DNA from: a virus
Taxonomy: Duplodnaviria; Caudoviricetes
Virus record (IMG/VR): IMGVR_UViG_3300032257_000006
Location: 1-64,000 of that record
Strand: one strand, 5' to 3'
Length of the DNA: 64,000 nucleotides
This document shows positions 55,201-64,000 of this stretch, piece after piece. The notes beneath the pieces were generated by a model. The model had not been told where the DNA came from and searched no databases. It saw only the letters and a list, made by a program, of their open reading frames with translations. Numbering within the stretch: position 1 is the first letter of the stretch; each line of letters opens with the position of its first letter. Both the position numbers and the translations under genes were made by a program.

Positions 55201-57715
55201 ATTGTATGTCACATCGCAACAAGGCTCCTCACCATCTTTAGGGACAGGTGTAAACTCCACTTCGCCGGTCCCTATGGTAAACGGGGCCAGTTACAGAAGT
55301 CTTGATAGACCTTATTGGGACACCTATATTTACACCAGTGAAGATGCTCAGTTCCAGTACATCCCTGCAAGCGAGGTACCGGTAGGTGAACCTGTAGAGA
55401 TAGCCGAACGAGCTGCCAGCCTAGGATTAGTAGAAGTATTAAATACACCTAAATCTGCCGAAGGTAATTTATCTAGTATAGAGGTTACAGTAACGGCCCC
55501 TTCAGATACTGCCTATGATTATGCAAATGTCTACTATAGAAAGGCCGGCGAAACACAATGGTCTTTCTTAGCACCTGCAGCTGGAGCTGCAGTAGAAGTG
55601 GTTCAGGTAGTTGTAAGTGACGGGTTGACTTGGGAATACCAAGCCAGAGCCGTGTCACAGTTAGGTGTAGAAGACCAAGACGGTATAGTTGCAAGTATTA
55701 CAGTTACTGACATAGTGACAGCCCCTCCAGCTGATCCAGTATTGCCAATAGCATTGCCGTTAGATACACCAGGCAATTTAGCGTTACTTGGCGGCGGTGC
55801 TGAGTTCACCGGAAAGTCTTGTCACATTACTTGGGGCTACAATGCGGCTAACGATACAACACCGCAGCACTTCCTGCATTATCAGGTAGAGGTATACAAT
55901 GCGTTTGGCGGGGACACACTCCAACGCACATTGTTTACAATCAATCCGTGGCTAGAATATACGGAACAAATGGCGACTGAGGATGGTGGCCCGTACCGTG
56001 AACTTAGATTCGATATAACATCTATTGCTAGACAAGGCCATACCGGTGCGACGGCAACAGCTACGTTTACTAACCCTCAAGCGGGAGCTCCAGCCGCGGC
56101 TACACTACGAGGCGTATTGTCAGCTATCCAATTAGATATTACATTGCCTGTAGAGAGTGATCTGGCCGGTATTCTGGTATATATAAGCAATACGCCAGGA
56201 TTTACAGCGGACGCTAATACGTTGGTGTTTGATGGACAATCTACTTCACTGTATCTAACACAATGGGCTTCTGGAGGCGTGCTGGCTGATGTAGCAGCAG
56301 GGACTACTTACTACGTACGGTACGGGCTTTATGATTCGTTCGACAAGACAGGGGTTACACTATCGGCAGAGCAGTCGGTTGTCCCAGCTGCCATATCAGG
56401 CGCTGTAGATGCTAATGACATTACCGGCTTAGGTGAGTGGGCTACTAGAATCACCGATGTAGATGCTGCGTTTATTGCAGCCAATATGCTAGCCGACGCT
56501 ATAACCTCAACGCAGATAGCATCGATTGTTGCAGGTAAGATCGCTACCGGTACATTGTCATCTACCATGACTGTAAGTGGGTTGATTACTACTGCAGCCT
56601 CTGGCTGGCGTGTAGAGATGGGGCCGGTAATAGACGGTGGTACGTATGTACTTAGATATCACGATGGTTTGGGCGATACTCGATTCTCTATCGATCAGCT
56701 AGGTAATGTCGTTGTAAACGGCTCGATCACTGTCACCAACCCAGGCGATGTACGGACTACCTTGAATGTAGCTGACGGGTCTACTGCTGGCGCTACTTGG
56801 GGCGTAGATATTGGCGGCTCAAACTTACCAGCCAACAATGCTGACGTAACCCAGACATCACTTATAGCCGGTACCACGATAACTGGCGGAGGTATAACAC
56901 TTAGTGGCGGTGGCGCTATAAATGCAGGTAAGCTAACTGCAGCATCTACCACTAAAGGGTTCTGGCTTGGTTGGGACGGTGTAGCCAACTACGACTTTCA
57001 TATAGGTGACGCTAATAACTACCTTAGATGGGATGGCTCAGCAAATTCATTGTCAATACGAGGTTCTCTTATAGCCTCAAGCTTAGCTACTTCGACCACT
57101 GGAAGACGTACTGAAATAAATGTGGCATCCTCTAATGAGATACAGTTTTACGATGATCTCGGGGCAGGCGTAGTATTGGCAGCTACTGTAGGCCTTGACT
57201 TCTACGATGGAGATCATGCAATAATAACTGCCGGTAATCTATTGGCAGGTACAGCCACTGTAGGGGTACGCGGGGTAACAGGGTCTGGTACAGGTGTACT
57301 TGGAAGGGCAAGTTCTGGTGCAGGGGTACAAGGATTTTCTTATACTGGCTATGCCGTAGCTGGAGAAGGTGGAGGCGTTACAGGGGCTGGCGTATATGGA
57401 CAGAACACTGACGGGCCTGGCGTAAAAGGACATTGTCTAGGCACTAAGAATGGCGGATACTTCTCAAGTGTCAGCGGCCACGGACTGTATGGGTTCTCAC
57501 TAGCAGCAGATAAGTTTGCAGTAGTAGGCCAAGCTGCAGACGGTTACGGAGGGTACTTCGATGCAGGCACTGGCCCTGCTCAGATAGTCCTCTTGCCTTC
57601 AACCTCGTCAGCTACTCCAGTTCATGTCGCCCTAAAAGGGTCGCTTTGGATGACATCTTTAGGTTGGGTATATTCAAACACTAACGGTTCGACAGCTTGG
57701 ACAAGAATAGGATAA
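52268..57715 (+). CDS. Tail tip / central fibre protein (gpJ-like, FN3-like repeats)
   Basis: 1815 aa; YANVYYRK..W...TWEYQARAVSQLG FN3 pattern; IASIVAGKIATG repeats; Gly-rich C-terminus. Confidence 0.8.
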   Translation: MKEVNGLYASHLDEPVKHPRVTIAISFDSADTDIVYVTSHEDGIGPAGELVIQGVIEKNSLSNQTQKIDVQTATSTIGKLSFNLVDRGGQISDLLGDKELLGFGLRYKQVAVYSGYKNDPWEAYELDTTGIVENIDQEEKLFKFSATDVHRLARTKIFSVTTQYLRAGIAANQKTCQLTATNFTAIVNTITLTAGTYTGLDLVPGSTIDVTGSVSNNGAFTIAEVISETEIKVNEPLVTEAVVATVDHVFRILLTGSDLTNYQGVEHDAEYDAWPNDTVALVTIDGEIFLHDGPVNDPNFGYCLEVRENGRGVLNTATKSHNYDSGAKAEAQPEVKEVVYLEGAAPKLALALLTGTLYGQTGSLPDNWNCGVPPKFVRTSEFVNIGVDLWDPATDKGRKLQFITTKEVSGKDFIEKQIMLWLGTVMIIHADGSLGLKKIPAMNSQTGFTAVLDDSVSYKRDVLKRPMAKLLNNVAINWGKIALKDEYTKTSQLVDATSIAVHGLNAPKTFNFEGVRLGVHTDENIRDYLRVWRDLYSSPPYELTVTVMHKMLRVEVGDSVRVVMPNHVDVIKKTPFDRVMMVTSAAYNSINGDVRLSLIGPSSSPTPLAAVSASAKLGAGYYSPGGAARELGAAVVAGGGTIVGGVITGNCILAGDDSMNALSSVFYYNGDLEIGSGVVVSLFNNVNFRIDGNFTVNGNINSLGSPNLGGLYDGSTHPITGVAGSTITSSEPLDSINIGDLVTANITNYYQTGEPPVGRYFLVADKPTANSITVTFPDGGSVEASASILYRVEPYYTPANIQSDVIGDSAFGTNIGLAGASLTVFSNSTMRVASSGYGRTESESGGIGDFSRHLSIVNEGSEIVGLPDKFTGTGGTGGYPVTSYISGDYYATHNKILASGGRGGAGGAGLLVVCKGSSFGVNSNIDLSGETGLVPDVYTASNYSLSISVNIYAGAGRGGNPGALYIMHDGDYTTPSLELYVTSQQGSSPSLGTGVNSTSPVPMVNGASYRSLDRPYWDTYIYTSEDAQFQYIPASEVPVGEPVEIAERAASLGLVEVLNTPKSAEGNLSSIEVTVTAPSDTAYDYANVYYRKAGETQWSFLAPAAGAAVEVVQVVVSDGLTWEYQARAVSQLGVEDQDGIVASITVTDIVTAPPADPVLPIALPLDTPGNLALLGGGAEFTGKSCHITWGYNAANDTTPQHFLHYQVEVYNAFGGDTLQRTLFTINPWLEYTEQMATEDGGPYRELRFDITSIARQGHTGATATATFTNPQAGAPAAATLRGVLSAIQLDITLPVESDLAGILVYISNTPGFTADANTLVFDGQSTSLYLTQWASGGVLADVAAGTTYYVRYGLYDSFDKTGVTLSAEQSVVPAAISGAVDANDITGLGEWATRITDVDAAFIAANMLADAITSTQIASIVAGKIATGTLSSTMTVSGLITTAASGWRVEMGPVIDGGTYVLRYHDGLGDTRFSIDQLGNVVVNGSITVTNPGDVRTTLNVADGSTAGATWGVDIGGSNLPANNADVTQTSLIAGTTITGGGITLSGGGAINAGKLTAASTTKGFWLGWDGVANYDFHIGDANNYLRWDGSANSLSIRGSLIASSLATSTTGRRTEINVASSNEIQFYDDLGAGVVLAATVGLDFYDGDHAIITAGNLLAGTATVGVRGVTGSGTGVLGRASSGAGVQGFSYTGYAVAGEGGGVTGAGVYGQNTDGPGVKGHCLGTKNGGYFSSVSGHGLYGFSLAADKFAVVGQAADGYGGYFDAGTGPAQIVLLPSTSSATPVHVALKGSLWMTSLGWVYSNTNGSTAWTRIG

Positions 57716-57719
57716 TATT

Positions 57720-57989
57720 ATGGCACTTGAAGATAACGTAGTAGACGATATACGCGGAGGCACATACCAAAACGCATATCACAAGTTGGCGCAAGTTGCG
57801 TGGTCTGACATAAATAAACAGGTAATCGCCACGTTTTCAGTATTCGCTACACCGACAGCTGAAGCAGAAGGGAAAGAAGTAGTGTCGTCCATACAGGTGG
57901 ATGTGACTGACTTATTCCCAGACATCCAAAAGAAAATTTACGAGAAGGCAAAACTAGATCCCGCATTCAACGACCCGAAAGACGTTTAA
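57720..57989 (+). CDS. Small tail-associated protein
   Basis: 89 aa after the tail tip gene. Confidence 0.65.
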   Translation: MALEDNVVDDIRGGTYQNAYHKLAQVAWSDINKQVIATFSVFATPTAEAEGKEVVSSIQVDVTDLFPDIQKKIYEKAKLDPAFNDPKDV

Positions 57990-58011
57990 GACAAAAGCAC
58001 TGGAGAAACAC

Positions 58012-58212
58012 ATGCAACAGCAAGACCTTAAAAACCAAGTAGAACAAGAAGCAGCCGGACTAACACTCAAGCTGTACAACATAAAGCAAGAAGAAAAGGC
58101 TATCGAGGAGCGACTTAAAGAGTTGTCTATAATGTCGCAGACGCTCGGTAAGATAGAACCCAAGAAGACAGAAGGCAAGTTTGTCGAAGATCCTGGCACT
58201 GGTCCTGGCTAA
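58012..58212 (+). CDS. Small coiled-coil protein
   Basis: 66 aa, GGAG RBS. Confidence 0.65.
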   Translation: MQQQDLKNQVEQEAAGLTLKLYNIKQEEKAIEERLKELSIMSQTLGKIEPKKTEGKFVEDPGTGPG

Positions 58213-58277
58213 AGATAATAGTTAGCAATTTTTTCACACACATGGCAGAATACTGCTGAACAACACTGGAGAATGTT

Positions 58278-58451
58278 ATGAAGGGCACTTCACAACCAAA
58301 GACACAACTATTTGGACTTGTTAGAGATAAAGACGGCAAGCCAAAAATTGATGACCTAGACAATATCCCGAAACCTATTTGGGACATGTTAACTCGAGAA
58401 GAGCAAGAGGAAATATCCCATGGCCGTAACTCACACAGCAGCAATTCGTAA
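58278..58451 (+). CDS. Small hypothetical protein (57 aa)
   Basis: Hand-translated MKGTSQPKTQLFGLVRDKDGKPKIDD... behind GGAG. Confidence 0.6.
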   Translation: MKGTSQPKTQLFGLVRDKDGKPKIDDLDNIPKPIWDMLTREEQEEISHGRNSHSSNS

Positions 58452-58782
58452 CACACTAGCTAACGCTATCCTGACAGCTATCGGTGCTTCAGGTGTCTTA
58501 TCATTTGAGACAACTGGCGGAGCGGGTGTGGTAGCAACACTACCGTTGGCGGTAACAGCAGGTACTGTGTCTGGTGCAGTGCTTACGTTCAACCCAATCG
58601 ATTCAGATACGAACGCAGCTGGCGGGACTATAGCTGAGTTCGCTATCCAAACATCAGCACTGACTGATATATTCCGTGGCGATGTTAGTACATCTGGCGC
58701 AGATATCAATCTATCAAGCTTAGTTATCGCACCCAGCGATACAGTAGCTGTGACTTCTCTTACTTATACAGCCCCTGTATAG
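58420..58782 (+). CDS. Putative fibre/filament subunit or adaptor
   Basis: 120 aa, A/T/G/S-rich, GAGG RBS, biased codons. Confidence 0.6.
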   Translation: MAVTHTAAIRNTLANAILTAIGASGVLSFETTGGAGVVATLPLAVTAGTVSGAVLTFNPIDSDTNAAGGTIAEFAIQTSALTDIFRGDVSTSGADINLSSLVIAPSDTVAVTSLTYTAPV

Positions 58783-58789
58783 TCAAGAC

Positions 58790-58817
58790 AGACTTGCAGC
58801 GTTGCTGCAAGTCTTTC
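58790..58817 (+). terminator. Terminator-like hairpin
   Basis: AGACTTGCAGC-GTT-GCTGCAAGTCT followed by TTC. Confidence 0.55.
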
Positions 58818-58853
58818 ACCAATTGTAAAGTAGCAATTATGTAAGGAAGATCA

Positions 58854-60779
58854 GTGGCAGAAGTAAGATATATAGATCCTGATGCAACGGGTGGCACTGG
58901 TTCAGGCTTGGATTGGGCAAATGCCTATACTTCAATGTCTGCTTGGAATGCTGCCGAAGCTAAAGATCTAGTTACTGCTGTTGATACTCATACGGTTTAC
59001 TGTCGTTCAAGTGCAGGTACTGCTGACACTCAACGTGTAGCAATACTTACCTCAAGTGGTTGGGTTACATCTGCTACCAATAGAATCACAATAATTGGCG
59101 ATGCTACAGGCGGTGTTTGGGATGATACAAAATACCGCATACAGCACACTGCTAATGGCAACTATCAAGACACGATCAGAATCAATTTAGAGGGCGTATC
59201 GCTTCTAAATCTTCAAGTCGGTATTCACACTGAAGCTAATACATTTGCTACACCAATAAAGCTATTAATTGCAACTGGTGGTGCAGCGGCTATAAACATT
59301 GATAAATGTATACTTGCTCCAACCAATGGTGTTGGTGGTACTACTTATGGACTTTATGGTGACGGTGCAGCAAAACCTCTTACTGGGTATGTGAGGGTAA
59401 ATGACACTATAACTTACGGTTATACTCAATACGGCATGATTGTATACAGTAATGGCGCAACAATTGATTACGTTAACTGTGTGGCAATTGCCGGTACAAA
59501 TACAACTGCAACAGGCTTTGGGTCAAACACATCTGTATACAATGCCGTCAACTGTATATCTCAAAACAATGTAACCGCTGACTTTGCAACTACCCTTGTT
59601 GGCGCATCTTGCACAAATAACTTATCTGAAGACACTACGGCAACCACTATTGGTACAGCTGGTGTTGCCTCAACTGTACTCACATTTAGAGATGCCGCAG
59701 CTAATGACTATCACTTAGCCGCCACAGATACCGCAGCTATTGGTGCTGGTGTTGGCCCGACCACAAATACAGATGTCCCAACTACGGATATTGATGGAGA
59801 TGTGAGATCAGGTACAACCACTGATATAGGTTTTGATCTATATACCGCTCTTGCTATAGCAATGTCTAGCCCAACGTTTGATCTAGCAAAAGACACAGTT
59901 AATCAAGTGTACAGAACTGACGTATCTGGGCAGTCTCGTTACTTACTGGTTGAGAATTTTGTAGCTAATGGTGGCATTACTTTACTAGGATCGACAACCA
60001 CCAATTCATCCGGCGCTGCATTTATACGTGAGACTGATAAGGTCTGGATAATCCATAATGGCACAGCCTATATTGATGAGTACGAATCATCAGACCTGCT
60101 TACGCCTATACGACAAATTGATCTAACTACTACACTTTATGATACAGAAGGTATTTGTTGGATGGGATATAACTCAACTGATGATGCTTATGAATTCGCT
60201 ACATGTTCTGAAAATGGTGGAGTTTATATAGTAGAAATAGTTCAAATCACTTTGGCACAACTTGTAAGTGCATCACCATTTTCAGTTGGAGCTATACAAA
60301 CCCTTACAATTGCACCTGCTGGCACAAACACAAACTCAGGTGCTGAAGGTTTAGCATACGATAGATATAACAATGTGTTTTATGTAGTAGGCGAAGGAGA
60401 AGAAACGTCTACCTCAAGAAAATTCTACAGGTTTGTTAGACCAACTAACCGAGTAACTGATTACACTTATACAGATGCAGAACTTACAGTTACTGAACCA
60501 TTTGACCCAGAGGTTACTTTACCTGCATACAATGCATTATGGGTTTCTGGTGCAGTGTTTGACTTATCAGATGTATTTTTTCACGAAGGTACAGGAACAG
60601 TACTGATTACATCACATCAAGGTGATATGGTAATCCAAGTCGATCCATCAGATGGTACAGTATTATCAGAGTTCTCAATAGCGGGACTTCAATGGGAAGG
60701 AATAACAATGGTAGGCGATAGATGCATACTTATAGAGGAACCTAGAAGCTTCCAACTACTTGATTACGTGGCCCCATAA
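58854..60779 (+). CDS. Virion protein: beta-helix-like N-terminus + YjiK/SdiA-regulated-like beta-propeller
   Basis: DTEGICW, TNSGAEGLAYD, DLSDVFFHEGTGTVLITSHQG, QWEGITM...EEP follow the YjiK repeat pattern. Confidence 0.7.
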   Translation: MAEVRYIDPDATGGTGSGLDWANAYTSMSAWNAAEAKDLVTAVDTHTVYCRSSAGTADTQRVAILTSSGWVTSATNRITIIGDATGGVWDDTKYRIQHTANGNYQDTIRINLEGVSLLNLQVGIHTEANTFATPIKLLIATGGAAAINIDKCILAPTNGVGGTTYGLYGDGAAKPLTGYVRVNDTITYGYTQYGMIVYSNGATIDYVNCVAIAGTNTTATGFGSNTSVYNAVNCISQNNVTADFATTLVGASCTNNLSEDTTATTIGTAGVASTVLTFRDAAANDYHLAATDTAAIGAGVGPTTNTDVPTTDIDGDVRSGTTTDIGFDLYTALAIAMSSPTFDLAKDTVNQVYRTDVSGQSRYLLVENFVANGGITLLGSTTTNSSGAAFIRETDKVWIIHNGTAYIDEYESSDLLTPIRQIDLTTTLYDTEGICWMGYNSTDDAYEFATCSENGGVYIVEIVQITLAQLVSASPFSVGAIQTLTIAPAGTNTNSGAEGLAYDRYNNVFYVVGEGEETSTSRKFYRFVRPTNRVTDYTYTDAELTVTEPFDPEVTLPAYNALWVSGAVFDLSDVFFHEGTGTVLITSHQGDMVIQVDPSDGTVLSEFSIAGLQWEGITMVGDRCILIEEPRSFQLLDYVAP

Positions 60780-63700
60780 TGCCTGCTCAGTTTATAAGTG
60801 GTGAACAAGTAACAGGTAGTGCGTATGTTGTACCAGCAGGCACAGACCGCCAGATGTTATACATGGTTACCGGCGAGAACAGTGGTTTTGCCAGTGTACT
60901 AACCAATGTAACTTATGGTGGTCAGGCGATGACCCCTATAATTTCTGATGTCATTGATGGTAATCAACTTTGGGTTCACGTCTTCATGTTAAATGAAGCC
61001 GGTATAGTCGCAGCGACTGACACTAGCTTTATTGAGACTTGGAGTTCAGGTACCGTAACGGACACAACATTTGCTTGTACCCTTTCTGGCGTACACCAAG
61101 GTGCTCCGATAAATGCACAGTCACTAACCACCCACCTATCAAACGACCCTGTAAAACCAACCGTATCAGTCGGTGATAATGGATTACTGTTTGAGTTAGT
61201 CGGCTCTGGCGGAACCGTAACCAACTGGACGTGGACTAATTTTATAGAAAGAGTTCGCGATGCTAACTCTGGAAAAGACTTTGCGATAGCTACTCAAGAA
61301 GTTGTTACTAGTGGTCTAATACAGACAGAATTTGATGACGGTATTATTGCTAGGTCATACCTAGCGGCAATTGCATTTAATGAGGCGAATCTAAATCCAT
61401 ACGTAACAAATTTTGTTGGAGCAGGGTCAGGTGCAGATAGTATATATCTAGGCGAACTAGGTTTACTATCAGGTGCGAACTTTGAAGGGACTCGAAATTC
61501 TGGCGTTGTAATACTTAGCCCTACAACCGACATCAATGATGTAAACGCCTACACCGTAACGACATACTCAGGTTGGACAGATGGCAGTATATTCTTCATG
61601 CCATCAGCAGACGCTAATTTAAAAATAGGAACACTGTATGCGTTTGTAAGAAATAACAGTGGGTTAGAAAGTGCTGCTTTACCTATTACGTTGCTGCCAA
61701 AACAGCTTAAAGCATCTAATACTATACAAAGCATTAGTCCACTTGGTATATATAAAGATATAACTGGTATAGAGCTTGGTGCTGATATTGTAGAGTACGA
61801 TACAGTATCTTCAGGCGGTGGAACTGTTACCGTATTGTTGTCTGGTATTGCAGAGATAGCTTATAGCAGCACTGTACCTGACTCAGATACATTCGGTTTC
61901 AGAATATTTGACGACTCACTATATGAATATACTGCAATCAGTACTGCAACTGTACAGAACGCTGACAAGACAGGCTCAGGTACTATTGCGGCTCAAGATG
62001 CTATATCTTCAGGTTCCGGCGAAAGATCAGTTACAGGCTCAGGTACTATTGCGGCTCAAGATGCTATCTCTTCGGGTTCCGGCGAAAGATCCGTTACAGG
62101 TTCAGGCGCAGTTACAGCAGAAGACAGCACAGTTATTGGCCAAGCAGGTCTCGGCCCACACATAGCCGCATCAAACGGCAGTCCGCCTGCTGTATTTTTT
62201 GAAGAAGAGTTCATATTCTGGACGCTGATATACACTACATACAGCATAAACGATGGAACTCCTAGTATTGATTTTATAGGTAGTGATCTACCTGCCGGAT
62301 TAAATAATACCCAAGTCTCTAACAATATAGCAGCATGGCAAGGTACACCATCTCAAGGAAGTTCAGGGGATTATACTTATAAATCAACAATGACCACTGA
62401 ATACGGTGTAGTCAGTAATGAGTTCACCGTACAGGTAAGAAAACGCGTTACAGGCACAGGCGTTGTTGCAGCAGACGAGTCTACAGTTTATGGGTCTGGT
62501 ACGCTTACCGTAACTGGACCAGGTACAGCCGAAGCTCAAGAATCTAATGTAGCAGGCGCAGGTTTTATTGCACACACTGGTTCAGGTTCAGCAGATTCTC
62601 AGCCATCAATCGTAGATGGCGCATCTGTAAGTGAATATACCTATACTGCTGACAATACAAATTACACTGCAATAGTTGCAGGTGCTACTTCTAGTGAAGT
62701 AGTTGGTTTAGAAGCTGGTATATATACTGGTGGTTTAGCTGTACCTAGTGGCGTAACTGTTAAGGCAATAGATGGTTTAGGTAGCGTTTATTTCACGCAA
62801 GGCTCAGTCGGAATATCAGGCAGTAACGGCATAATACTTTTAGAAAATACTGGATCAACTGTAGATGGAATTATAGCGCATACACCAACAGACGATAATT
62901 CACACGGTATTATGATTACTGGTGATGGCAATTCACTTTTAAATTGTATTGGATACAACGGTGGAAATGCTGTACATAAAATACCATGCTTTGTTAGTGG
63001 TAATAATAATTTAGTTGAAGATTCAGGATTCTTCGGTGTAGGTCGTTACTCATTCCAAATATTTACAGCAACAGGGAATACAATTAGACGCGTTATAGCT
63101 AGATGGGATTCTACAGTTATAAATAATCTAACCCAACCAAATGCTACGTTTTCTAATTACAATGCAAATAGCACTACGTGGGAAAATTGTGTTGCAATAG
63201 ACTACAACGCTACACCGGATGAAATGAATTATGGTGGTTGCTTCTACTCACCACACAACCAAGGCGTTTGGCCTATTGGTAACAGGGACAATGGTTGGTA
63301 TGGTTGTATAGTTGCGCACCACGATAGAACTAATGACGCACTACCATTGGGTGAGAACAACCAAGGGTTTAGATCTGATACAACCAACCCAACAAATTTA
63401 TGTGTGGATAATGTTGTTAGAGATTTTTATGTACGTGATACTTTGCGTGACATTCAAATATATCCATATACACAATATGAATTTACAGATGTTACAAGAG
63501 TAGATGTCGATAACATAACCGCCGATGGTACATTTGGTGATGGTGGCCGCTCTAGTATGACGGCTGGGTCTGGTGCAGATATTGACGTCCAATATATAGA
63601 TGGCGTAAAAACTGCTACACCACTATGGCCGTTCAAAAATGAAGACATAATAAAAGCAGAAATGCTAAACATTGCTGACGGCAATCGTGGATGGGCTGCA

Positions 63701-64000
63701 TCTAATGACACCTTAGAAGAATATGTAAAGGGAACTGGCTCAACCATTTCTAGTGGATCAGGTTCAGCCGACTCTCAGACAGCTGATGTATCTGGCGCAG
63801 GTCTGCGCCTGGTCACTGGTTCAGGTTCAGCAGATTCGGCACCGGCTAATGCAGTTGGTTCAGGTGATTCAGGGGGCGTATCTACAGGCGACGGCGCTCC
63901 AAGTGCACAAACAGCTGCTGCTTCAGGTACAGGCCTACGACTCGTTACTGGTTCGGGTACCTCAGATTCAGAAAATGCATCTGCTTCAGGTACCGGTGAG
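60779..64000 (+). CDS. Very long modular tail fibre/adhesin; runs off the right edge
   Basis: Not in the ORF track; open from ATG 60779 to the window end (more than 1070 aa); 21-aa TGSG repeats, LPAGL...WQGTP Ig-like motif, beta-helix-like region. Confidence 0.85.
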   Translation, partial: MPAQFISGEQVTGSAYVVPAGTDRQMLYMVTGENSGFASVLTNVTYGGQAMTPIISDVIDGNQLWVHVFMLNEAGIVAATDTSFIETWSSGTVTDTTFACTLSGVHQGAPINAQSLTTHLSNDPVKPTVSVGDNGLLFELVGSGGTVTNWTWTNFIERVRDANSGKDFAIATQEVVTSGLIQTEFDDGIIARSYLAAIAFNEANLNPYVTNFVGAGSGADSIYLGELGLLSGANFEGTRNSGVVILSPTTDINDVNAYTVTTYSGWTDGSIFFMPSADANLKIGTLYAFVRNNSGLESAALPITLLPKQLKASNTIQSISPLGIYKDITGIELGADIVEYDTVSSGGGTVTVLLSGIAEIAYSSTVPDSDTFGFRIFDDSLYEYTAISTATVQNADKTGSGTIAAQDAISSGSGERSVTGSGTIAAQDAISSGSGERSVTGSGAVTAEDSTVIGQAGLGPHIAASNGSPPAVFFEEEFIFWTLIYTTYSINDGTPSIDFIGSDLPAGLNNTQVSNNIAAWQGTPSQGSSGDYTYKSTMTTEYGVVSNEFTVQVRKRVTGTGVVAADESTVYGSGTLTVTGPGTAEAQESNVAGAGFIAHTGSGSADSQPSIVDGASVSEYTYTADNTNYTAIVAGATSSEVVGLEAGIYTGGLAVPSGVTVKAIDGLGSVYFTQGSVGISGSNGIILLENTGSTVDGIIAHTPTDDNSHGIMITGDGNSLLNCIGYNGGNAVHKIPCFVSGNNNLVEDSGFFGVGRYSFQIFTATGNTIRRVIARWDSTVINNLTQPNATFSNYNANSTTWENCVAIDYNATPDEMNYGGCFYSPHNQGVWPIGNRDNGWYGCIVAHHDRTNDALPLGENNQGFRSDTTNPTNLCVDNVVRDFYVRDTLRDIQIYPYTQYEFTDVTRVDVDNITADGTFGDGGRSSMTAGSGADIDVQYIDGVKTATPLWPFKNEDIIKAEMLNIADGNRGWAASNDTLEEYVKGTGSTISSGSGSADSQTADVSGAGLRLVTGSGSADSAPANAVGSGDSGGVSTGDGAPSAQTAAASGTGLRLVTGSGTSDSENASASGTGE
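61970..62106 (+). repeat. 63-bp tandem repeat in the fibre gene
   Basis: Two near-identical units encoding TGSGTIAAQDAISSGSGERSV plus a partial third. Confidence 0.9.

Noticed and set aside
30730-63747. Minus-strand ORFs in the track across the right arm (e.g. 32472-33053, 48935-49300)
   Set aside because: Antisense shadows of structural genes.
1-64000. Impression that CTAG is not depleted, unlike in many gammaproteobacterial genomes
   Set aside because: Only eyeballed in short samples; needs a Markov-corrected tetranucleotide count before any claim.

Overview
A 64-kb slice of a tailed dsDNA bacteriophage genome with siphovirus-type morphogenesis genes, probably infecting a Gammaproteobacterium (inference from sigma70 promoters, an SXT/IncC-type Dcm and a YjiK-like domain). 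There are two divergent arms. The leftward arm (minus strand, 1-30.2 kb) holds about 50 small early genes, C5 and N6-type methyltransferases, a dNMP kinase, a RadC/JAB protein, a primase-helicase, an SNF2 helicase and a PolA-like polymerase that runs off the left edge. The rightward arm (plus strand, 30.6-64 kb) holds terminase, an accessory virion cluster, portal, S49 protease, capsid, neck, tail tube, chaperones, tape measure, tail tip and fibres, and runs off the right edge. A mostly non-coding, repeat-rich region at 28.2-30.6 kb with divergent promoters is a candidate terminus or origin. No integrase or lysis genes are visible. The most striking unexplained signals are non-coding: (1) 16 copies of a 16-bp palindrome TTMGGAY-WW-GTCCKAA, all in the leftward arm or divergence region and mostly placed between a stop codon and the next RBS; (2) several minus-strand structured RNAs next to these palindromes: a tRNA-like RNA with a ~45-nt D-loop insertion and an AUU anticodon, a 24-bp-stem RNA, a ~149-nt ACCA-ended RNA with perfectly complementary kissing loops and a tmRNA-tag-like frame, and a ~800-nt hairpin-dense region with a 13-bp long-range pairing. 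All calls come from reading the sequence by eye; no searches or folding programs were run.
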